Shown here: positions 36,828 through 46,671 of the stretch, piece by piece
Layout: every line of letters begins with the position of its first letter
Position numbering within the stretch: the stretch's first letter is position 1
Source of the DNA: an uncultured Bdellovibrionales bacterium
Lineage (GTDB): Bacteria; Bdellovibrionota; UBA1018; CAIPTA01
Assembly (NCBI GenBank): GCA_964612065.1
Contig: CAZTCD010000006.1
Location: 172-64,171, forward strand
Length of the DNA: 64,000 bases
Direction: 5' to 3'
Position numbers and translations under genes: made by a program
The notes under the pieces: model-generated
Database searches by the model: none
Told to the model about the DNA's origin: nothing
Seen by the model: the letters and a program-made list of their open reading frames with translations, nothing else

Positions 36828-38654
36828 ATGGCCGACAATCTCCTTCAATTGCTGCGGGGCGCGAAGTCTTTCGGGGCCCGCTCTCTTTTCCAGGACGCCA
36901 CGTTCTCCGTGAACGAAGGCGAGCATGTGGGCGTGATCGGCCCCAACGGGGCCGGCAAGAGCACGATGTTTCATCTTCTCACCGGCCGCGAAGAGCTCGA
37001 CTCCGGAGAGATCATACGCTCGCGATCCTTGCGCCTGGGCTACCTCAGCCAGCACGATTCCTGGGAGAAAGACGAAACCGGAAATTCCTTTCTGGAGCGG
37101 GTTTCCACTCTCCCTGTTTGGGAGGTGAAGAGCCTTGGCCGCCAGCTTCAGCTCAATGAAGAGCTGCTGAGCAAGCCGGTGATCTCCCTGAGCGGCGGCT
37201 ATCGCATGAGGATCAAGCTGCTCGGGCTTCTCGGCCAGGCTCCGAACCTCATGCTCCTCGACGAGCCCACCAACTATCTCGATCTTGAGACCACCCTTTT
37301 GCTCGAGCGATTTCTCCAGGGCTATTCCGGAGCCTTCCTGCTGATCTCGCACGACCGCGAGTTCCTCCGCCGCACCACCGATCATATTCTCGAGATCGAA
37401 GGCGGGGAGATGACCAAGTTCAACGGAAATATCGACGATTATTTCGAGCAGAAAGATCTCCTGCGCTCCCAGCTCGAGGCCAGCGCCGCCAGCCAGCAGA
37501 AGAAGCGGGCTGAGATCCTCGATTTCGTGGCACGCTTCGGCGCCAAGGCCACCAAAGCGAAGCAGGCGCAGTCGCGATTGAAGCAGCTTTCCAAGATGGA
37601 GTCGATCGAGGTGAAGCCTCTGCCTGTGAGCTCCGTGATCCGCATTCCGCCGCCCGCGAAAACCGGCAAATTGGCCGTGGCGGTGAACACCGCCTCCTTC
37701 GGCTATGGCGAGCGCACCGTGATCAAAAACGTGAACCTGCAGATCCTGCGCGGGGATCACGTGGCGGTGGTGGGATTGAACGGCGCCGGCAAATCCACCC
37801 TGCTCAAAGGGATATCGGGCGCTCTTCCTCCTCAGAAAGGAAGCTTCGAGCTGGGGCTCGGCGTGGAAATGGCTTTCTTCGCCCAGCACGTGATCGAGGC
37901 GCTGGTGCCTGAGCAAACGGTTTATCAATCTCTCGAAGCGGCCGCGCACCGTGATCTTAAGCCACAGGAGATCCTGGATCTCGCAGGCTCCCTGCTCTTC
38001 TCCGGGGATGACGTGCGGAAACCCATTTCCGTACTGAGCGGAGGCGAGAAATCGCGGGTGGCTCTCGGGCGGGTTCTGCTGAAGAAAGCTCCCTGCCTCG
38101 TGCTCGACGAACCCACCAACCACCTCGATTTCGCCACGGTGGAGGCTCTCACCAATGCGCTTCGGGGGTATGAAGGCACCGTAATCGTGGTGAGCCACGA
38201 CCGGGGTTTCATCAAGCGGGTGGGCACCAAGATCCTCGAAGTGGCCAAGGGAGAGGTGCGTCTCTATCCCGGCACTTATGAGGAGTATGTGTGGAGCGTG
38301 CAGCAGGAGCTGGCCGGAGAAGAGCCTCCGGTTAGGTCCGCGCAGTCGTCTCCAGCGGCCTCCGAAAAAGCGCCCAAACCCGCCAACTGGAAAGACGAGA
38401 TCAAGCGTTTGCAGGGAGAGCTGCGGATCGCGGAAAAACGCTTCCAGGAGTGTGAAAAGGAGATGGCCCGCCTTCTGGCGGAAAACGAGGAGCTCAATGG
38501 CCAGCTGGTATCCAGCTCGAGCCCCTGCATGGATGCCGTGCATATCATGAGCGAAAACGGCAAAAGGATCGCGGAGCTGGAAAGCCTCTGGCTGGAGCTG
38601 GCGGAAGAGAAGGAAGAGAAAGCCAAGGCCGTGGCGGCCATGCTGGCAACGTAG
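36828..38654 (+). CDS. ABC-F family ATPase (two ABC domains and a C-terminal coiled coil)
   Basis: Two Walker A motifs (GPNGAGKST, GLNGAGKST), two LSGG signatures, and an inter-domain linker. Confidence 0.85.
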   Translation: MADNLLQLLRGAKSFGARSLFQDATFSVNEGEHVGVIGPNGAGKSTMFHLLTGREELDSGEIIRSRSLRLGYLSQHDSWEKDETGNSFLERVSTLPVWEVKSLGRQLQLNEELLSKPVISLSGGYRMRIKLLGLLGQAPNLMLLDEPTNYLDLETTLLLERFLQGYSGAFLLISHDREFLRRTTDHILEIEGGEMTKFNGNIDDYFEQKDLLRSQLEASAASQQKKRAEILDFVARFGAKATKAKQAQSRLKQLSKMESIEVKPLPVSSVIRIPPPAKTGKLAVAVNTASFGYGERTVIKNVNLQILRGDHVAVVGLNGAGKSTLLKGISGALPPQKGSFELGLGVEMAFFAQHVIEALVPEQTVYQSLEAAAHRDLKPQEILDLAGSLLFSGDDVRKPISVLSGGEKSRVALGRVLLKKAPCLVLDEPTNHLDFATVEALTNALRGYEGTVIVVSHDRGFIKRVGTKILEVAKGEVRLYPGTYEEYVWSVQQELAGEEPPVRSAQSSPAASEKAPKPANWKDEIKRLQGELRIAEKRFQECEKEMARLLAENEELNGQLVSSSSPCMDAVHIMSENGKRIAELESLWLELAEEKEEKAKAVAAMLAT

Positions 38655-38678
38655 GCCCTTTTATGGGAGAAAAGTGCA

Positions 38679-39608
38679 ATGTCGCCGAAAGAAGCCCACT
38701 TTTTCATTCCGGTTTATCTGGACACGGAATCTTTCCTGATCCTTCGGGAGCGGATCCTGGCAGCGATCCCCTCTCCGTGGACGGCTCGTTTTCACCTTCT
38801 GGATGATTCCTCTGGCCAGGACCCGGACCTTTCCGCGGCCAGGGCACTGCCTGATGTTACCGTAGTCACCATGCCTTATAATCTCGGGCACCAGCGCGCG
38901 CTCGTGCATGGGCTTCGTGATTTTCTCTCCGACTCTGATCCTTCCTGCCTGATTGTTACGATGGATGGCGACGGCGAAGACCGTCCGGAAGATCTGCCCG
39001 CTTTGTTCGAAGCCTGGGAAAAAGAAAAAAACCTTCACGCCGTGGTTCTGGCCAAGCGAACCAGGCGCAAGGAAACTCTTGTATTCAAGGCTTTCTATGC
39101 GCTTTACAAAAGAGTCTTCCGTTTTCTCACGGGCACGGTGATACAGACGGGAAACTACGCTCTTTATCACAGCTCCGTGGGGGCCAGGATCCTTCTGCAT
39201 CCCTATTTTGACCTGTCTTATGCCAGCACTCTTTTCGCGCTCGGATCGCGTCTTGTGTTCGTGCCTTGCCCGAGGGGCAGCCGGTATAAGGGGCAGTCGA
39301 GGATGAACTTCTCCCGCCTTGCCATCCACGGCGTGAGGATGCTGATGCCGTTCATGGACCGGATCGCGATCCGGGGCGTGCTGGGGTTCGCGCTTCTCTC
39401 GCTGATCTCCGCCCTGCTGTGTGTGGCACTCGCAGTGGCCCGGATCGGCGGAACGTATCCCGTTCCCAACTGGCTGATCCTCAGTGCCGTTTTCGCCTTC
39501 ATGATGAGTTTCCTTTCCGTATGCAACTTCGCCATCCTGATCACCATCTTCGCGAACGTGCAGGGGGTTGCGATGGCGCGCCTGCAGGCACCGGAGAAAG
39601 CTACGTGA
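38679..39608 (+). CDS. family-2 glycosyltransferase (DPM1/ArnC-like) with C-terminal TMs
   Basis: IPVYLDTES, the DGDGED DXD-type motif and a C-terminal hydrophobic region. Confidence 0.7.
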   Translation: MSPKEAHFFIPVYLDTESFLILRERILAAIPSPWTARFHLLDDSSGQDPDLSAARALPDVTVVTMPYNLGHQRALVHGLRDFLSDSDPSCLIVTMDGDGEDRPEDLPALFEAWEKEKNLHAVVLAKRTRRKETLVFKAFYALYKRVFRFLTGTVIQTGNYALYHSSVGARILLHPYFDLSYASTLFALGSRLVFVPCPRGSRYKGQSRMNFSRLAIHGVRMLMPFMDRIAIRGVLGFALLSLISALLCVALAVARIGGTYPVPNWLILSAVFAFMMSFLSVCNFAILITIFANVQGVAMARLQAPEKAT

Positions 39609-40177
39609 ATCTGGAGTATGTAGGCACCGAGCTCGATCTTTTTTCCCAGGCAGGAAACTGGAAGCGCTATCTCGGAAAGCGCCTGGCTTCCCACTTAAAG
39701 GGACACGGTCCGGAAGTGGAGGCGGGAAATGGGGCCAACACCGCCACCCTCCTGCCTCGCTTTCCCGGAATCAAAGCTTGGACCTGCCTCGGGCCGGATC
39801 CTCGTTTGGCGGGAGAGATTCGGTCCCGAGCGCTTTCTTTTCCCGGTGGGGGAGAGATCTCGGTAAGAACCGGCACTACAGGCGATCTCTCTGCTGAAGA
39901 GCGCTTTCACACCATTCTTTACATCGATGTTCTGGAACATATCGAGGATGAGGCTGGAGAGTTGCAGCGGGTGGTGCGGCATCTCGATCTTCGTTACCTT
40001 GATTCCTTCGGGTTTTTCGCCTCCCTCGCTCAGAGGGGGTTCTTGAAGCAGAAAATGCCTTCGATGGCTCAAGTCAAAGTATGGGACCGTTTTATGGTGC
40101 CCGTTTCCCGTGTTCTTGACCCTCTTTCCGCCTTTCAGTTTGGAAAAAGCCTGCTTGGAGTCTGGCAGAAGGAGTAA
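39605..40177 (+). CDS. possible SAM-dependent methyltransferase-like protein
   Basis: ILYIDVLEHIEDE motif. The GTG start is uncertain. Confidence 0.3.
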   Translation: MNLEYVGTELDLFSQAGNWKRYLGKRLASHLKGHGPEVEAGNGANTATLLPRFPGIKAWTCLGPDPRLAGEIRSRALSFPGGGEISVRTGTTGDLSAEERFHTILYIDVLEHIEDEAGELQRVVRHLDLRYLDSFGFFASLAQRGFLKQKMPSMAQVKVWDRFMVPVSRVLDPLSAFQFGKSLLGVWQKE

Positions 40178-40186
40178 AGAGGGGAA

Positions 40187-41245
40187 ATGTCGTCGTCTAC
40201 GATTTCCGCATTGGAAGCTCTGCGTGCGCTGATGGAGCAGCCCGGGCGCGTGAGTGCGATAGATGTTCGCTCCGAGGGGGAGTTCGCAGAGGCCGCCGTG
40301 CCGGGTTTTTGCAATCTTCCCATTCTCACGGATCCCGAACGCCACGAGGTGGGCACCTGTTACAAACAGCAAGGGCAGGAAGCGGCCATTGAGCTCGGCC
40401 ACAGGCTAACAGGCCCCCATAGAAGCGAACGCACCGAGGGATGGAGGCGCGCCCTCGAAGAAGCCGAGATTCCCCTCGTAACTTGTTTCCGGGGAGGGCT
40501 GCGGTCACAACTTGCGTGCTCCTGGATCGAAGAAGCGGGTCAGAACACCCTTCGTGTGGACGGCGGTTATAAAGCGATGCGGGGGGAGCTGAAGGGCCAG
40601 GTAGACCGCGCCCCCGAATTGGTCGTGCTTTCGGGACCCACCGGCTCCGGGAAGAGCGAGTTGCTGCGTGGTCTAACTGCTCCTTCTCTGGATCTGGAGG
40701 CTTTGGCGAATCACAAGGGCTCGGCCTTTGGTGGCTCTCTGCTTGGCCCCCAGCCTGCCCAAGCCACTTTCGAAAACAGCATTGGAATGGCGCTGATGAA
40801 GCGAACGCCTTCCCTCGTGGAAGACGAAAGCGCCATGATCGGTCAGCTCTGCGTGCCTCTTTCTCTCCGCCAGCGCATCTCTTCCGGCAAGGTGGTCCGG
40901 ATCCGGATGGAAGCCGGCGAACGTGCCGGGCGGATCTATCGCGAATACCTGCTCGGCCCGATCGCCCAGGGGGTGCATCCGGAACAGCTTGCCTCTCATT
41001 ACCAGCAGGCCCTCCGCCGGATCGAGCGAAGGCTCGGTGGATTGGCCACCGCCGAAACAGCGAAGAAGATGAGCGAAGCCTTCCATCTTTCTTCCGAAGA
41101 GGCTCACCGGGAATGGATCGCGGATCTTCTCGCTCTTTACTATGACAAGGCTTACGAGTACTCATTCAGGAAATTGCCCAGGGAAACCGTATTCGAAGGA
41201 GAATGGAAAGAATGCAAACAGTGGATCCAAGAACGATTCGCCTGA
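40187..41245 (+). CDS. selU: tRNA 2-selenouridine synthase
   Basis: Rhodanese domain with the active Cys (CFRGGLRS), then the P-loop SGPTGSGKS. Confidence 0.75.
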   Translation: MSSSTISALEALRALMEQPGRVSAIDVRSEGEFAEAAVPGFCNLPILTDPERHEVGTCYKQQGQEAAIELGHRLTGPHRSERTEGWRRALEEAEIPLVTCFRGGLRSQLACSWIEEAGQNTLRVDGGYKAMRGELKGQVDRAPELVVLSGPTGSGKSELLRGLTAPSLDLEALANHKGSAFGGSLLGPQPAQATFENSIGMALMKRTPSLVEDESAMIGQLCVPLSLRQRISSGKVVRIRMEAGERAGRIYREYLLGPIAQGVHPEQLASHYQQALRRIERRLGGLATAETAKKMSEAFHLSSEEAHREWIADLLALYYDKAYEYSFRKLPRETVFEGEWKECKQWIQERFA

Positions 41246-42276
41246 CTGAAACCGTGCAAAAGGGCGGTTGCGCCGCCAAGCTTCCCGCCGGGCAGCTTCG
41301 CTCCATCCTCCAGAAGCTTCAGCTCCAGCGCCCGAAAGAGCTTTCGGTGGGAACCGAGCATATGGACGACGCCTGCCTCTGGAGCCTCGGAGGCGGGCAG
41401 AGCCTCGTTCAAACCCTGGATTTTTTCACGCCCATCGTGGACGACGCCTACGATTTCGGCGCGATCGCCGCCGCCAATGCTCTTTCGGACGTTTACGCCA
41501 TGGGTGGTTTGCCCAAGATCGCGCTTTCGATACTCGCGTTTCCTTCGATGAGCCAGCCAATCGAGCTCCTTGAACCCCTCCTTCAGGGCGCTGTGGACAA
41601 GATTCACGAAGCGGGCGCATGCCTGGCCGGTGGCCACACCATCGACGACGACACTCTCAAGTTCGGCCTTTCGGTAACCGGCTTCGTACCTACCGCCCAG
41701 GCTTGGGCCAATTCCGGCGCCAAGCCCGGCGACAAGCTCGTGCTCACCAAAGCGCTGGGAACAGGCACCATTACCTCGGCGCTGAAGAGGCGGGAGCATG
41801 AGGAGGCGCATCTGGCCGCGGCGATTGAAAGCATGAAACAGCTGAATAGGGCGCCCGAGCTGCTGGAGGAAGAGAGCCGCCTCGGTTTGATCCACGCAGC
41901 CACGGATATCACGGGCTTTGGTTTCGCGGGCCATGCTCTGCAGATGGCCCGCGCCAGCGGCGTGGCATTGAAGATCAGCTCTTCGGCCCTCCCGGTATTG
42001 CCGGGTGCTCTCGCGTATATCGAGAAGGGCGTGCTCAACCGCGCCCACAAAACAAATCTTGATTATGTAAAAGATGAGGTGGATTTCAGCTCGCTCTCCG
42101 ATGCGGCCCGCTGGCTTCTGATGGATCCTCAAACTTCGGGCGGCCTGCTCCTTTCTGTGCCTGGGGGAAAAGCCGATTCCATCGCTGGCAAGCTCCGCGC
42201 TCGATTCCCCTATGCCGCGGTGGTGGGAGAGGTGGTGCCCTATGCCACAGGCGAGAGGGTGAGCGCCGAAGCCTGA
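41203..42276 (+). CDS. selD: selenide, water dikinase (Cys-type)
   Basis: N-terminal KGGCAAK glycine-rich active site (Cys rather than Sec) and an AIR-synthase-like fold. Confidence 0.85.
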   Translation: MERMQTVDPRTIRLTETVQKGGCAAKLPAGQLRSILQKLQLQRPKELSVGTEHMDDACLWSLGGGQSLVQTLDFFTPIVDDAYDFGAIAAANALSDVYAMGGLPKIALSILAFPSMSQPIELLEPLLQGAVDKIHEAGACLAGGHTIDDDTLKFGLSVTGFVPTAQAWANSGAKPGDKLVLTKALGTGTITSALKRREHEEAHLAAAIESMKQLNRAPELLEEESRLGLIHAATDITGFGFAGHALQMARASGVALKISSSALPVLPGALAYIEKGVLNRAHKTNLDYVKDEVDFSSLSDAARWLLMDPQTSGGLLLSVPGGKADSIAGKLRARFPYAAVVGEVVPYATGERVSAEA

Positions 42277-42579
42277 GGGCTGGAATGTTTCCTGCATTTC
42301 CTCGCATGGCCTGTCGCCATCGAGGTTTGTCTATGCGGAAAACTGCACGGAAGAAAAAAACGGCTTGGGAATGGATCAAGGATTTCGTGGAAGACTTCCG
42401 CGTATGGGACCGCCGTTCTCGCCGGGCCCGGGACTCTTTGAGTCCTGCGGCTTAGGTTTTTTGTCTCACAATTTCCGTCATCCTCTTGCAGTGGAGCATT
42501 GCGAAAGATCCTTTGCTTTGAAATCCGGGGATTTTTTCCCTTAGAATAGGGGCGGCCCTGGACAACTGAGGAGGTTCCC

Positions 42580-42927
42580 GTGAAAGCCTTGTATCTGATG
42601 CTCTTGTTTCCCTTTGTGGCGGAAGCCGGAGAGTTTCCGCACTGCCGTGCGGAGATGAATAACGAAGTGAATGAAGTGCTGGCCACCACCGAGTGGGAAG
42701 AAGACGTATATATTGGTTCGATCAGCGATGGTGCGAATCCGGCGGTTCTGATCTCCACCAGTGCTGGAAACGAAAAAATCATGTCACTGTGGGTGCGTGA
42801 TAAGTCGGAGCGCTATCCGAATGGAATGTTCTCTTTCGTAGATCTTTCCAATGGCAAGGATCAGTACCTCCGCTTTTATATGGCCAATGGCTTGTCGGTG
42901 GGAGTAACCTGCCGCTGGGCGGATTAG
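42580..42927 (+). CDS. hypothetical secreted protein
   Basis: 115 aa with a signal peptide. Confidence 0.3.
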   Translation: MKALYLMLLFPFVAEAGEFPHCRAEMNNEVNEVLATTEWEEDVYIGSISDGANPAVLISTSAGNEKIMSLWVRDKSERYPNGMFSFVDLSNGKDQYLRFYMANGLSVGVTCRWAD

Positions 42928-43014
42928 CCCGAATGCAGTGAATTGGTGTGGCAAGGCGGGCCGGGGCTCCTGGCCCTTTCCTTGCGGATGTGAATCTTAA
43001 ACAGACGGAACCCT

Positions 43015-43947
43015 ATGAAAGACCCGTATTCCGTTCTTGGTGTATCAAAAAGCGCAAGCCAGGATGAAATCAAGAATGCCTATCGCGCCATCGCCAAGAA
43101 AAATCATCCTGATCTGAATCCTGGAAACAAGGAAAAAGAAGCCAAGTTCAAAGAGGCCGCCCATGCCTATGAGCAGATCGGCACTCCCGAAGCCCGCGCC
43201 AAGTTCGACAGAGGCGAAACGGAGGAGGCATTTCAGGGCGCCGGAGGCAGCGGGGCGCGCAGCGGTCCATTTTACTATCAGACTGGCGGGCAGGCAGGCG
43301 GGCCTGGTGGGCGCTATTCTTACGATTTCGGCCAGGGGTTCGACGAGGATATTTTCGAGAATCTCTTTCGTGGGGGAGGCCGGGCTGGCGCACGCGGAAG
43401 GGGCCAGGCCCAGGACTGGCCGGGCGAGGACCAGCTTTTTCAGATGGAAGTGGATTTCCGCGATGCCGTGCTGGGAGCGGAACGGGAGATCACCCTGCCC
43501 GGGGCGAAAAAGCTCAGCGTGAAAATTCCTGCGGGCTTGGAGAGCGGTACCCGGTTGCGTTTCCGCGGCCAGGGCGGCCCGGGGCATGGGAAAGGCCCTG
43601 CCGGTGATGCCTATGTGGAAGTGCGGGTGAGGCCGCATCCTCTCTTCACTAGAAACGGCCAGGATCTCGAAACCGAGGTGCCCATTGCTTTCTATGATGC
43701 CCTCAGCGGAGCGGAGATCGCTGTTCCCACGATCGAGGGCAGGGTGGCGCTTCAGGTTCCTCCGGGCGTTTCCACCGGCAGCCGGCTGAGAGTGAAAGGG
43801 CATGGAGTGGCATCAGCCCGGGGCGAGCGAGGCGATTTGTATGTACGCCTCAAAATTGCGATGCCGAAAAATCCTTCGGCCGATTTGCAGTCGGAAGCCA
43901 GGGAGTGGAAGAAAAAATTCTCCTATGATCCGGGAGGGCAGTCGTGA
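43015..43947 (+). CDS. cbpA: curved-DNA-binding DnaJ homolog (J-domain, no zinc finger)
   Basis: J-domain HPD (KKNHPDLNP), a G/F-rich linker and a DnaJ C-terminal domain. Confidence 0.75.
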   Translation: MKDPYSVLGVSKSASQDEIKNAYRAIAKKNHPDLNPGNKEKEAKFKEAAHAYEQIGTPEARAKFDRGETEEAFQGAGGSGARSGPFYYQTGGQAGGPGGRYSYDFGQGFDEDIFENLFRGGGRAGARGRGQAQDWPGEDQLFQMEVDFRDAVLGAEREITLPGAKKLSVKIPAGLESGTRLRFRGQGGPGHGKGPAGDAYVEVRVRPHPLFTRNGQDLETEVPIAFYDALSGAEIAVPTIEGRVALQVPPGVSTGSRLRVKGHGVASARGERGDLYVRLKIAMPKNPSADLQSEAREWKKKFSYDPGGQS

Positions 43948-44210
43948 AGCGGAAAGAATTGATGGAGCTTCGGGAGGCGGCGGAGCATTGTGGTATTCCG
44001 GAAGAGATGATCGAGCGCTTTATCGCATTCGCCTGGGTGCAGCCCAGTGATTCGGAGCGAGGCCTTTTGGATGAGTGCGATCTTTCTCGTTCACGCCTGA
44101 TATGGCAGCTTCAGGAGGATTTTGGTGTGAATGACGCGGGTGTGGATCTCATCCTGGAGCTGGTAGACCAGCTTCACCAGCTGCGCTCCGCGCTGGAGCA
44201 AATGCGCTAG
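43944..44210 (+). CDS. cbpM: chaperone modulator CbpM-like (MerR-fold)
   Basis: 88 aa, overlaps the cbpA stop, with the typical size and position. Confidence 0.55.
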   Translation: MKRKELMELREAAEHCGIPEEMIERFIAFAWVQPSDSERGLLDECDLSRSRLIWQLQEDFGVNDAGVDLILELVDQLHQLRSALEQMR

Positions 44211-44351
44211 ATCGAGATTTCTCCATGGGGGCATATAGCCTCGTTTTCATTTAGCTTTCTCTTTCTCCCAGCTCCAGTGCAGGATTAAGACTTCGTTCAG
44301 CCAGGAAATTGCATTTTACATATACTCCTGAATGTAAAATGATCTGAGCTT

Positions 44352-45512
44352 ATGCCGAATCCCCAGAGCCCCCCGCTGAGCGACTCGCAGAAATCCGAAG
44401 CCCGGTTCAGGGCGATCTACGAAAACGCCCCGTTCATGATCAATTCCTTTCGCCAGGATGGAAAGCTCGCATTGTGGAACAGGGCCTGTGAGGAGCAGCT
44501 CGGATATTCCATGGCGGAAGTAAATGAGGCCCCCGATTCTTTGGGCCTCTTTTACCCTGAACCTGAGGTCCGCCAAAGGGTGATGGAAACCATCTTCGAG
44601 AAGGATGGAAAATTTCGCGAGTATAAGGTTCTGCGCAAAGACGGAAAATATGTTTATCAGATGTGGGCTAATTTCGCTCTTCCCGATGGAAGCGCCATTT
44701 CCGTAGGCTACGATATCACCGAAATGAGAGAGAACCGCGAGAAGCTCAGCCGGATGAACCAGTGGCTCGAGGAAGAGGTTGTGGCTCGCTCCCGCGATGC
44801 GGATGAGCAGAGATCGAAATTGTTTTTCGCCTCCAAATTCGTGGCTCTGGGAGAAATGGCCGGTGGCGTGGCCCATGAAATCAACAATCCTTTGGCCGTG
44901 ATTTCAGGTTATGCCAGCCAGCTATCGGAAATGCTGTCCAAACCGTCTTTCGATCACGAAGCCGTGGAAGAGATGCTGGCCAGTATCCGCAATTCCACCA
45001 ATCGGATTACGAAGATCATCGCGGGATTGAGGAATCTGGCCCGGGACGGCAGGCGGGATCCCATGGTGGAATGCCGGGTGCTCGATGTGATCAACGATGC
45101 GCTTTCCTTCTGCCGTGCCCGTTATTCCGCGGCCGGAGTGGAGCTCGAGCTTTCACTGGAAGAAAGGGATGCCAAGATCAGGGGCCGGCCCGTGGAGCTG
45201 GGGCAGGTGCTGCTCAATCTCCTGAACAATACCTTCGATGCGGTAGACGGCTCGGCCGATGCTTGGGTTCGATTGCGTCTGGCGGGTGACGATAAAAATA
45301 TTTTCATATCAGTAACTGATAGTGGGCCCGGCGTTCCGGAGCACCTGAAGCAAAAATTATTTCATCCCTTCTTCACCACCAAGCCTGTGGGAAAAGGAAT
45401 GGGGCTGGGCCTTTCCATTTCGAAGGGAATACTAGAGGCACATGGAGGTACCCTCGAGCTTCGAGATGAGGGAGGCCACACCTGCTTTATAGCAAAAATT
45501 CCTCGCTTCTGA
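44352..45512 (+). CDS. cytoplasmic PAS-domain sensor histidine kinase
   Basis: PAS domain, HisKA box VAHEINNPLAV and HATPase N/G boxes. Confidence 0.75.
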   Translation: MPNPQSPPLSDSQKSEARFRAIYENAPFMINSFRQDGKLALWNRACEEQLGYSMAEVNEAPDSLGLFYPEPEVRQRVMETIFEKDGKFREYKVLRKDGKYVYQMWANFALPDGSAISVGYDITEMRENREKLSRMNQWLEEEVVARSRDADEQRSKLFFASKFVALGEMAGGVAHEINNPLAVISGYASQLSEMLSKPSFDHEAVEEMLASIRNSTNRITKIIAGLRNLARDGRRDPMVECRVLDVINDALSFCRARYSAAGVELELSLEERDAKIRGRPVELGQVLLNLLNNTFDAVDGSADAWVRLRLAGDDKNIFISVTDSGPGVPEHLKQKLFHPFFTTKPVGKGMGLGLSISKGILEAHGGTLELRDEGGHTCFIAKIPRF

Positions 45513-45513
45513 C

Positions 45514-46560
45514 TCAGGGCCTCGGCTTCGAGCGTAGAATGCAGTGCACGGCTCCGCCTGATCCGGTCAGATCGCTTACGTCGATATTCACCACGCGGAA
45601 CCCAAGTTTCTCATAGAGAGCGGCGGCTTCCCGGTCCTCCGGTATGCCGTAGTTCGGGAGCAGCACATAGCCATTGAGAAGGAACGCGTTCGCGTGCGTG
45701 CGGTAATCCATGCTGCCGGGGCTGCGAACCGGAATCCGGTGCACCTGGTAGCCCAGGGCCTGGAGGGTGGCGGCGTTCCGGTTCACGATCTCTCGATTGC
45801 GGGGATGATCCACGAAATCGCCCACGATGAAGGTGTGGTCGTTAACCATCTTTGCGAACAGATCGATGTGGAAGGTGATGTCGTCTACCATTGAGGCGAG
45901 CACCACGAGATCGCGGCAGCCAAGATTGGCTTCCATCAGGCGGTTCACCTCTTCTTTGGAGAGCTGGGGGTTCTGCTGGTAGATTCGGCTGGTGGCGAAA
46001 CAGCGGCCTTTTCCGTCGGAGATGAAGTTGCCGCCTTCGTAGGCCATGGAAACTTTCCGGTTGCGCAGGCCTTGGGCGGAGGCGAGGCGCTCCGGCACGA
46101 GATCATCGTTGCGCCGGTTGTAGCGGTTATAGGTGAAATCGTTGCTCACGAGCGCTCCGCTGCCGTCGAGGGAGTAGAAGGGGCCGTAGTCCTGGTACCA
46201 GAAGGAGTCGTGGCTGATCACCATTGGCTTGAAGCGGGATTCTGATCCGCCTTTTTGTTTCCAGGAGTTGAGCAAGGATCTCGCTTCCGATGAGGAGCGC
46301 ACGAGCACCACGAGATCGGCGCCATTCTCCACGGTGCCCACCAGTTCGCTTTGCATGCGGCGGAAGGTTTCCGCTGTCATCTGGAGCTCGGTGGCTGGCG
46401 CGAATTCCGGAGGTGTGGCGAAGGTTTCTTCGCGCCACTCCCTGGCGGAGGCTTGTGGCGCGCCGAAGAAGATGCCTGCGTTTCGGTGGGCGGGATTTTC
46501 GGCCGCCTGGGCCGGGTGCAAAGAAAGAAACAGAATACAGAACGAGAGAGTAGCGCGCAT
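45514..46560 (-). CDS. secreted agmatine deiminase / Porphyromonas-type peptidyl-arginine deiminase family protein
   Basis: Signal peptide. GGNFI, HIDL and the catalytic GGAVHCI (Cys) are present. Confidence 0.6.
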   Translation of the reverse strand: MRATLSFCILFLSLHPAQAAENPAHRNAGIFFGAPQASAREWREETFATPPEFAPATELQMTAETFRRMQSELVGTVENGADLVVLVRSSSEARSLLNSWKQKGGSESRFKPMVISHDSFWYQDYGPFYSLDGSGALVSNDFTYNRYNRRNDDLVPERLASAQGLRNRKVSMAYEGGNFISDGKGRCFATSRIYQQNPQLSKEEVNRLMEANLGCRDLVVLASMVDDITFHIDLFAKMVNDHTFIVGDFVDHPRNREIVNRNAATLQALGYQVHRIPVRSPGSMDYRTHANAFLLNGYVLLPNYGIPEDREAAALYEKLGFRVVNIDVSDLTGSGGAVHCILRSKPRP

Positions 46561-46671
46561 ATCGCCTCCTTGCGTGTTTCGCGTGAGGAAATCGTTTCAC
46601 GAAACAAGAGAGGGCGATAGAGAGTGGAGAAAGGCGTCAGCGTTGGTAAGAATTTCTCAGGCGATCACCCG

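Noticed and set aside
36738-38543. Upstream 600 aa of the 701-aa minus ORF 36438..38543
   Set aside because: Only the C-terminal 99 aa (mscL, 36438..36737) is real. The remainder is antisense to the ABC-F gene and has no domain.
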